A stretch of 64,000 nucleotides of DNA from an uncultured Thermodesulfatator sp. Lineage in GTDB: Bacteria > Desulfobacterota > Thermodesulfobacteria > Thermodesulfobacteriales > Thermodesulfobacteriaceae. The notes beneath the pieces were generated by a model. The model saw only the letters and a program-made list of their open reading frames with translations. It made no database searches and was not told the origin of the DNA. Within the stretch, counting starts at the first letter, position 1, and every line of letters begins with the position of its first letter. Made by a program: the position numbers and the translations under genes. The stretch lies in NCBI GenBank assembly GCA_964412755.1, contig CAYPPW010000002.1:18945-82944 (forward strand), in the 5' to 3' direction. Shown piece by piece: positions 57,016 to 64,000 of this stretch.

Positions 57016-58699
57016 TAGAAAACTCCTTTATAAAACTCTGAATTTTTTCTAAATCTAAATATTTTCTGTCCCCTGTTTTTCTTATTTTAATTTCTATTTT
57101 CCCTTTTTCTTCATAGGCTTTTCCAAAAATAATTTGTAAAGGAACTCCTATTAAATCTATATCTTTAAATTTTACTCCCGGTCTTTCAGGTCTGTCATCT
57201 AAAATTACATCCCAAGTTTTTGAAAGATCTTGATACAGTTTTTCTGTGATTTCTTTAAAATCCTCTTTTAAGTAAACTATTGAAATTTGGAAAGGCGCTA
57301 TTTGCCAAGGAAAAATAATGCCATTTTCATCATGATTTTGTTCAATAGTAGCTGCTAAAACTCTACTTACTCCTATGCCATAGCAACCCATTATAAAGGG
57401 TTTCATTTGACCATCTCTATCTAAAAACACCGCTTTCATAGGCTCACTATATTTAGTTCCTAATTTAAAAATATGTCCTACTTCTATTCCTCGAATAAAA
57501 GTAAGAAAATCTCCACACTTTGGACATAAATCCCCCTCACATGCTTTTCTTACATCTGTGATCAAATCAGCTTTAAAAGTAGAACCCAAATTAGCATTAA
57601 GATAGTGATATTCGTTTTCATTTGCTCCTATTACGAAATTAGGATATCCTACTAAAGAGTTATCAACAATTATTTTTATATTTAAATCTTTTGGTCCAAT
57701 AAATCCAGGTTTAGCACCTATAATTTTTTCTACTTCCTCTTCAGTTGCCATTCTAAAAAATTTTCCTTTAAAAAGTTTTTCTAATTTAACCTCATTCACT
57801 TCATGGTCTCCTCTTATACATACTGCTATTGGTTCTTTTTCTTCAATTATATAAATTAGAGTTTTAGTAATTTTAGAAACAGGTAGACCTAAAAATTCTG
57901 CTACTTCCTGTGCTGTTCTAACTCCAGGTGTATAAACCTTTTCCAAAGGTTTTTCTGGTTCAGAGGAATATTTTTCTCCTGAAATAGCAGGAGTAAGTTC
58001 AACATTTGAAGCATATCCACAAACCTTACAAACAGCAAGTATATCTTCTCCTGTATCTGCAATCACCATAAATTCATGAGAAATATCTCCTCCAATAGCT
58101 CCAGTATGTGCTTCTACAGCTTTAAATTTTAATCCACAATTGGTAAAAATTTTTTCGTAAGTTTCATACATAAGCTGATAGCTTTTATCAAGTCCTTCCC
58201 AAGTAGCATCAAATGAATAAGCATCCTTCATTATAAATTCCCTTGCTCTCATTAAACCAAAACGTGGTCTTATTTCATCTCTAAATTTTACTGCTATTTG
58301 ATAAAGAATTAGTGGAAGCTCTTTATAGGATTTTATATCCCTTCTCACTATATCAGTTACTACTTCTTCATGAGTGGGGCCCAAACAAAAGTCATGTTCC
58401 TTTCTATCTTTAAATCTTAAAAGTTCTTTTCCATACACATCCCATCTCTCTGTTTCTTTCCAAAGCTCAGCAGGTTGAACAATAGGCATAAGAATTTCTA
58501 AAGCCCCAGCGTTGTTCATTTCATTTCTAACAATATTTTCAATCTTTTTTAAGGCTTTAAATCCAAGAGGTAAAAAATTATAAATACCTGAAGAAACTTT
58601 TCTTATCATTCCAGCTCTTAATAAAAGTTTATGACTTATTATTTCAGCTTCTGAAGGATCCTCTCTAAGAGTTGGAATAAAATATCTACTCCACCGCAT
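57005..58699 (-). CDS. proS: Proline--tRNA ligase (bacterial type, with INS editing domain)
   Basis: Motifs LGPTHEE, FRDEIRPRFGLMRAREF, GIEVGHIFKLG and MGCYGIG. Confidence 0.99.
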   Translation of the reverse strand: MRWSRYFIPTLREDPSEAEIISHKLLLRAGMIRKVSSGIYNFLPLGFKALKKIENIVRNEMNNAGALEILMPIVQPAELWKETERWDVYGKELLRFKDRKEHDFCLGPTHEEVVTDIVRRDIKSYKELPLILYQIAVKFRDEIRPRFGLMRAREFIMKDAYSFDATWEGLDKSYQLMYETYEKIFTNCGLKFKAVEAHTGAIGGDISHEFMVIADTGEDILAVCKVCGYASNVELTPAISGEKYSSEPEKPLEKVYTPGVRTAQEVAEFLGLPVSKITKTLIYIIEEKEPIAVCIRGDHEVNEVKLEKLFKGKFFRMATEEEVEKIIGAKPGFIGPKDLNIKIIVDNSLVGYPNFVIGANENEYHYLNANLGSTFKADLITDVRKACEGDLCPKCGDFLTFIRGIEVGHIFKLGTKYSEPMKAVFLDRDGQMKPFIMGCYGIGVSRVLAATIEQNHDENGIIFPWQIAPFQISIVYLKEDFKEITEKLYQDLSKTWDVILDDRPERPGVKFKDIDLIGVPLQIIFGKAYEEKGKIEIKIRKTGDRKYLDLEKIQSFIKEFSNEI

Positions 58700-59198
58700 T
58701 ATAGACCCCTTTTATATATATTTTTTGATATTCCTTTGTTTTCAAATCTAAAATTACAAAACTTGGTAATCCTTCTTTTCCTAAAATTTCTCCTGGATTT
58801 ATAACTAAAGTATTGTTTATTTTTTTGACTTCATATTTATGGGTATGTCCACAAAAAACAAAATCATATTCTCTGCTTTTTGCAAGCAAATAAGCTATTT
58901 TTGGGTAATGAACCATCGCAATTTTACATCCTATTACTTCCAGAAAAGCACTCTCTCCATAAAATTTGATATTGGAATATTCAGATATTTTTTGCATTAA
59001 CAAAAAAATATCTCCTGGATTATTACCTAAAATTAAATGAACCTCTCCTTTAAATTCCCCAAGGATTGGAATCATAAAAGGTGAAATCAGATCTCCACAA
59101 TGAAAAATTATCTCTACTTTTTCTTTTAAGCATAAATCAATGGCTTTTTTAAGATTGAAAATAGAATCATGACTATCACTCATAATACCTATTTTCAT
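58686..59198 (-). CDS. Metallophosphoesterase, YfcE/MJ0936 family
   Basis: Motifs SDSH, HCGD, GNN, H, GHTH and NPG. Confidence 0.9.
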   Translation of the reverse strand: MKIGIMSDSHDSIFNLKKAIDLCLKEKVEIIFHCGDLISPFMIPILGEFKGEVHLILGNNPGDIFLLMQKISEYSNIKFYGESAFLEVIGCKIAMVHYPKIAYLLAKSREYDFVFCGHTHKYEVKKINNTLVINPGEILGKEGLPSFVILDLKTKEYQKIYIKGVYNAVE

Positions 59199-59201
59199 AA
59201 A

Positions 59202-60686
59202 CTACCTTCTTTTTAAGTATTCTTCTATTCCAAGGTTTTTCCAAATTTTGTCTATTTTTTCTTTTACTTCTTTACTCATCTTAATCTCTTCAGGCCATTC
59301 TCTACTATAGCCTTCTTCTTTCCATTTTCGTGTGGCATCAATACATATTTTTGATCCAAAAGCAAAATATGATGAAGCATGATCCAAAACATCAACAGGT
59401 CCTTTTATTATTAAAATATCTCTCTCGGGATCTATATTACTACACATATAAAACAAGGCTTCTTTTAAGTTCTGAACATCTACTTCTTTATCAAAAACTA
59501 TTATAATTTTAGTGAACATCATTTGGCCAAGTCCCCATAAAGCAGAAGCCACTTTAAAAGCATGCCCAGGATATCGCTTATCTATAGAAACGAAAGCTAA
59601 ATTATGAAAAACTCCTTCCCATGGAAGATTTACATCTACAATTTCAGGTAAAATTTTTTTTATTAAAGGCAAAAACAATCTTTCTGTCAATTTTCCTAAA
59701 TAACAGTCTTCCTGAGGTGGTTTGCCTACAATTGTTGCAGGATATATAGGATTTTTTTTCATAGTAATGCAATTTATTTTAAAAACAGGATAATAATCGG
59801 GTGTGGTATAATATCCGGTGTGATCCCCAAAGGGGCCTTCTAATTTTCTTTCAAAAGGTTCAACATACCCTTCAAGAACAATCTGAGATTCTGCAGGAAC
59901 TTCTAAAGGAATAGTTAAACACTTTACAAGTTCAACAGGCTTTCCTCTTAAAAAACCTGCAAATAAAAATTCATCTATATCTTCAGGTAAAGGAGCAGTA
60001 GCAGAATAAATTACAGCAGGATCAGGTCCTATCGCTACTGCTACAGGTAATTTTTCTCCTAACTTTTCAGCTTTCCTATAGTGTAAAGCAGCACCTTTAT
60101 GAATTTGCCAATGCATACCGGTTTCATTTCTGGTAAAAACTTGCATTCTGTACATCCCTATATTGCGCATTCCTGTTTCGGGATCCTTAGTAATTACACA
60201 GGGAAGTGTTATATAATAACCTCCATCTTTAGGCCAACATTTCAAGATAGGTAATTTAAATAAATCAACTTCTTTACCTTCTATTATAACTTCTTGACAA
60301 GGAGCTTTATCCACTAATTTAGGAAAAATATTTTTTGCTTGCCAAATTTTAGGTATTAACTTTAATTTATCTAAAAAACCTTCCACTTGCTTAATTTCTA
60401 TAAATTCTAAAAAATTTTGAGCTAATTCATTAATATCCTTTACTCCAAAGGCAAGAGAAACTCTCTTAAAACTACCAAATAAATTGGTTACTACAGGTAT
60501 TTTATGAGCTTTTACCCTTTCAAAAAAAAGACATGGCCCTCCAAGCTTACATACTCTATCAGTTATTTCTGTAATTTCTAATTCTGGAGAAATCTCCTCT
60601 TTAATACGCAAAAGTTCGTTCTCTTTTTCCAAAACTTCTATGAATTCTTCTAAATTTTTATAAGCTTTCATTTTAAATCTCTGCAA
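59202..60686 (-). CDS. UbiD-family decarboxylase, menaquinone (futalosine-pathway) type (start probably ATG 60671)
   Basis: Motifs WP.DGG, N.GMYR, HWQ.HK, EGPFGDHTGYY and IDAT.K. Confidence 0.92.
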   Translation of the reverse strand: MQRFKMKAYKNLEEFIEVLEKENELLRIKEEISPELEITEITDRVCKLGGPCLFFERVKAHKIPVVTNLFGSFKRVSLAFGVKDINELAQNFLEFIEIKQVEGFLDKLKLIPKIWQAKNIFPKLVDKAPCQEVIIEGKEVDLFKLPILKCWPKDGGYYITLPCVITKDPETGMRNIGMYRMQVFTRNETGMHWQIHKGAALHYRKAEKLGEKLPVAVAIGPDPAVIYSATAPLPEDIDEFLFAGFLRGKPVELVKCLTIPLEVPAESQIVLEGYVEPFERKLEGPFGDHTGYYTTPDYYPVFKINCITMKKNPIYPATIVGKPPQEDCYLGKLTERLFLPLIKKILPEIVDVNLPWEGVFHNLAFVSIDKRYPGHAFKVASALWGLGQMMFTKIIIVFDKEVDVQNLKEALFYMCSNIDPERDILIIKGPVDVLDHASSYFAFGSKICIDATRKWKEEGYSREWPEEIKMSKEVKEKIDKIWKNLGIEEYLKRR

Positions 60687-62049
60687 TATCTTTTCTAAAG
60701 GTAAAATCTACTTCTATGGGATATTCCCCTGTAAAGCACGCTAAACAAACTTTATCTCTTAATTCCTCAACAGCTGAAAGTAATCCCTCAATACTTAAAT
60801 AGTATAAAGTTTTGATATCTAAAAATTTTCTAATTTCTTCCACAGTGTGTTTAGAAGCAATTAATTCTGAAGCAGTAGGAAAATCTATTCCAAAAAAGCA
60901 AGGAAATTTAATTGGGGGACAGGATAGAAGAAAATGGATTTTTTTTGCACCTGCTTCTTTTATACTTTTAAGCCTGTTTTTACTGGTTGTTCCTCTTACT
61001 AAAGAATCATCTATAATAATAATTTCTTTATTTTTTAAAATATCCCTTACAGGATTTAACTTCATCTTTACTGAAATATCCCTTATTTTTTCAGAAGGCT
61101 GAATAAAGGTTCTGCCTATATAGTGATTTCTAATCATACCAAACTCTAAAGGAATACCACTTGCTTGAGCATATCCTATGGCAGCATAATTCCCGGAATC
61201 AGGGAAAGGCATAACAAAATCCGCAGAAAGTGGACATTCTTTATAAAGATTTTTACCAAGATTTTTTCTTACCAGGTAGACATTTTTACCAAAAATATAG
61301 CTATCTGGTCTTGAAAAATAAATAAATTCAAAAATACAATGACTTACCTTAATTTTTTCCTTTTCAAAAACTTTAAAAGACTTAGGGCCTTCTTTATCTA
61401 TAATTAAAATTTCTCCGGGTTCTATATCTCTCAAATATTGAACTCCTATTAAATCAAAAGCACAGGTTTCAGAGGAAATTACATATCCTCCATTGAATAT
61501 TCCTAAAGATAAAGGCCTGAATCCCCAAGGATCTCTAAAGGCTGCCAAAGAATTTTCATAAAGAAGAAGCACAGAATAAGCACCTCTAATTCTTTGCATA
61601 GTTTCAGAAATAGCAGAAACAATACCTTTTTTATGATTTTTGGCTATTAAATGCACTATAACCTCACTGTCCATGGTAGTTTGAAAAATGTGTCCTTCTT
61701 CCTCAAGCTCACATCTTATTTGATATGCATTAACAAGATTTCCATTATGAGCGATAGCAATTGTTTTTTTAGCAAAGTTTACACAAAAAGGTTGAACATT
61801 TTGAAGAATGGTTGAACCTGTAGTAGAATACCTTACATGTCCTATTCCAATAGATCCAGGAAGATTTTTTAATATATCTTCATTAAAAACCTCACTAACC
61901 AGTCCTAAATTTTTCCATTCTCTTATTTTTTTACCATCAAAAACTGCAATCCCTGCACTTTCCTGTCCTCTATGCTGTAAAGCATATAATCCAAAATAAA
62001 TATAATTAGCAGCATCTTTTATTCCAAAAACACCAAAAATCCCGCACAT
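60673..62049 (-). CDS. purF: Amidophosphoribosyltransferase
   Basis: N-terminal MCG plus QHRGQE, GHVRYST, DDSLVRGTT and CLACF.G.YP. Confidence 0.98.
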   Translation of the reverse strand: MCGIFGVFGIKDAANYIYFGLYALQHRGQESAGIAVFDGKKIREWKNLGLVSEVFNEDILKNLPGSIGIGHVRYSTTGSTILQNVQPFCVNFAKKTIAIAHNGNLVNAYQIRCELEEEGHIFQTTMDSEVIVHLIAKNHKKGIVSAISETMQRIRGAYSVLLLYENSLAAFRDPWGFRPLSLGIFNGGYVISSETCAFDLIGVQYLRDIEPGEILIIDKEGPKSFKVFEKEKIKVSHCIFEFIYFSRPDSYIFGKNVYLVRKNLGKNLYKECPLSADFVMPFPDSGNYAAIGYAQASGIPLEFGMIRNHYIGRTFIQPSEKIRDISVKMKLNPVRDILKNKEIIIIDDSLVRGTTSKNRLKSIKEAGAKKIHFLLSCPPIKFPCFFGIDFPTASELIASKHTVEEIRKFLDIKTLYYLSIEGLLSAVEELRDKVCLACFTGEYPIEVDFTFRKDIAEI

Positions 62050-62064
62050 TTTTACTTACCTCCT

Positions 62065-63456
62065 TTATTCCACCAATCCTCCTACTGTAATTTCTGGAAT
62101 TCTTATAGTAGGCTGACCATCAGCTACAGGAACTATTTGACCATCTTTACCACACATACCAGATGCAAATTCAAGGTCATTTCCTACCATGTCAATTATT
62201 TTAAGTACCTCTGGTCCATTTCCTACCAGGGTAACTCCTTTTACAGGATAAGCTATCTCTCCTTTATCTATTAAATAACCTTCTTTTACTTCAAATACAA
62301 AATCTCCTGTTAAGGTATTTACTTCTCCTCCTCCCATCTTTTTTACCAATAATCCTTTATCTATACTTTTAATAATCTCTTCTGGTTCATGGATACCCTT
62401 TTCTATATAAGTATTAGCCATCCTTGGTAAGGGAATATGCCTAAAATTTTGTCTTCTACCATGCCCATTTGAAATTTTATTATATTTTAAAGCAAAATAT
62501 TTATCATAAAGAAAGTTTTTTAAAATTCCTTTTTCTATTAATACTACTTTTTGAGAAGGAGTTCCTTCATCATCAATTTTATAAGATCCATATAAAGTTT
62601 GGAAAGTTGGATCATCTATTACTGTAATAAGCTCACTTGCTACTTTTTCTCCTAATTTTCCAGAATAAACAGAAAATCCTTCTTCTGCATGATCAGCTTC
62701 TAAACCATGACCTACTGCTTCATGAATCATTGTACCTCCAGCTTCCTTTGAAAGTACTACCGGCATAACTCCTGCAGGAGCTTTTTTAGCAAGAAGCATG
62801 GTTAAGGCAAGATCACTTGCTTTTTCAGGCAATTTTAAAAATTCAGGTAATTTCACTACTTCACTAAAAGGTAAGGTTCTTCCTAAAACTTCATATCCTC
62901 TTTCTAATCGTCCATCTTTTTCAGCTACAACTATTACTCCTAATCTGAAATAATAACGAATATCTTCAATAAAAGAGCCCTCTGAATTTAAAATCAATAC
63001 TTCCTTTTTACCTTCATTCATTAATACTTTATAATGTTTTATTTCTTTTACTTTCTTGATTCTCTTTTTTATATTTTCTAAAAACCAAAATCTTTCTTCC
63101 AGAATTTTTTTATAAGCGTTTTCCTTTAATTTTTCACAGGTTTTAAATTTATTTTTTTCCGAAAAATTAATTCTTTCTTCTTTTATAAATTCTTTTGCCA
63201 AGCTTTCCAAGATTTTTTCATCAAGCTCAGAAGAATAGATAAAATAGTTTTTAAAATCCTCCTTTATTTTTCTAAAGGCTATTCCTTGCTCTTGACCCCA
63301 GTTTATCTCATCAACTCTATCTGGTTCAATAACAATTCTTAAAACCTCTTCCCTCTCTATATAAATCTCTCCAAATAAACTACCATCCTTAGACAGAATC
63401 TTTAAAAGTTTTTCTATGTTTTTAGGAATGATGATTGACATATTTATAAGTTGCAA
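62065..63456 (-). CDS. tldD: TldD family metalloprotease (start may be ATG 63441)
   Basis: Motifs HEAVGHGLEAD, DDEG, PRM.NT and CGKDGQ.VPV.DGQP. Confidence 0.93.
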   Translation of the reverse strand: MQLINMSIIIPKNIEKLLKILSKDGSLFGEIYIEREEVLRIVIEPDRVDEINWGQEQGIAFRKIKEDFKNYFIYSSELDEKILESLAKEFIKEERINFSEKNKFKTCEKLKENAYKKILEERFWFLENIKKRIKKVKEIKHYKVLMNEGKKEVLILNSEGSFIEDIRYYFRLGVIVVAEKDGRLERGYEVLGRTLPFSEVVKLPEFLKLPEKASDLALTMLLAKKAPAGVMPVVLSKEAGGTMIHEAVGHGLEADHAEEGFSVYSGKLGEKVASELITVIDDPTFQTLYGSYKIDDEGTPSQKVVLIEKGILKNFLYDKYFALKYNKISNGHGRRQNFRHIPLPRMANTYIEKGIHEPEEIIKSIDKGLLVKKMGGGEVNTLTGDFVFEVKEGYLIDKGEIAYPVKGVTLVGNGPEVLKIIDMVGNDLEFASGMCGKDGQIVPVADGQPTIRIPEITVGGLVE

Positions 63457-64000
63457 TCAATATAATACCAAATTAATGTAATTTTGGAACTCATCTTTAG
63501 TTAAACATCCTTTTCTACCATAATCTCTGAGACTAAGACTTGCTGAAAAAATCCCCACTTTTAATGCTATTTCATCCCTGAATCCTAATTTAAGTCCCGC
63601 AAGAACTCCTGCATTAAAATAATCTCCTGCTCCTGTATTATCTACTATTTTTGAAGCAGGATAAACAGGAACTTTTATTCTTTCTGTCTGGGAGATAAAA
63701 ACAGCACCTTCTTTTCCTTTTTTTAAAAAAATTTTTTCAATTCCTAAATTAAATAGTTCCTGAAAAGAAAGATTTATTTTTTTAAACTCATATTCTGAAA
63801 GAAATAAAATTTCAGTTTTTCTAAACCAAGGAAAAAGAAAATCTTTGCCTAAACCAGCATAAATTTCTCCTGGATCAAAAGAAATTTTTGAAGAAATATT
63901 TTCTAAAAGTTTTTTTTGAAAATTTTTACCAGCTTCACTTGCAAAAGAAGAAAGATGGAACCATCCATTAAGAGATAATTCATTAAACTTAAAATTTATA
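63457..64000 (-). CDS. PfkB-family carbohydrate/nucleoside kinase, 3' part (5' end outside the window)
   Basis: Hand translation of the minus strand: ...SFDPGEIYA...KKGKEGA...IVDNTGAGDYFNAG...NLVLY*, stop TGA at 63457-63459. Confidence 0.9.
   Translation of the reverse strand, partial: INFKFNELSLNGWFHLSSFASEAGKNFQKKLLENISSKISFDPGEIYAGLGKDFLFPWFRKTEILFLSEYEFKKINLSFQELFNLGIEKIFLKKGKEGAVFISQTERIKVPVYPASKIVDNTGAGDYFNAGVLAGLKLGFRDEIALKVGIFSASLSLRDYGRKGCLTKDEFQNYINLVLY

Noticed and set aside
5319-61999. The many short antisense or alternate-frame ORFs in the track (e.g. 5319, 5720, 6286, 6877, 7487, 9511, 9626, 11052, 14789, 25436, 25967, 29677, 31982, 37925, 46007, 54627, 60812, 61808)
   Set aside because: All lie on or opposite well-supported genes and have the Ser/Phe/Ile-rich composition typical of shadow frames.
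1-64000. CRISPR array, rRNA, intact transposase, intein or selenocysteine read-through
   Set aside because: I saw no regularly spaced repeats, long GC-rich RNA tracts, transposase motifs, oversized conserved genes or in-frame TGA interruptions by eye.

Overview
Very AT-rich (about 30% GC by eye), densely coding bacterial chromosome segment. Gene content and protein style suggest a thermophilic, diderm anaerobe, probably Thermodesulfobacteriaceae-like; that taxonomy is inference, not a search result. It is mostly housekeeping: proC, riboflavin synthase, ahcY-metK, alaS, nth-lgt, tyrA-recG, pgpA-cinA-thpR, gpsA, the rpmH-rnpA-yidD-yidC-jag-mnmE block continuing into thiD-gatC-gatA-parB, trpC-hisI-hisG, hypF, yebC-ruvC-ruvA, prmA, lpxD-proS, a UbiD-family decarboxylase, purF and tldD. 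Features absent from the ORF track that I read directly are rpmH, tRNA-Leu(CAA), tRNA-Glu(CTC), a partial DUF47 gene and a partial PfkB kinase. I saw no CRISPR array, rRNA, prophage, integrase or intact transposase, and no clearly new multi-gene system. The best leads are: a frameshifted HEPN gene beside an MNT with a shortened motif; two exact intergenic matches to the PerR-type palindrome TTANAATNATTNTAA; a prenyltransferase-repeat/MFS/secreted protein/B12 radical-SAM cluster next to tRNA-Glu; a small-protein/HDOD/GGDEF trio; a Jag protein that has lost both RNA-binding motifs; and an origin-type gene block without dnaA and parA.
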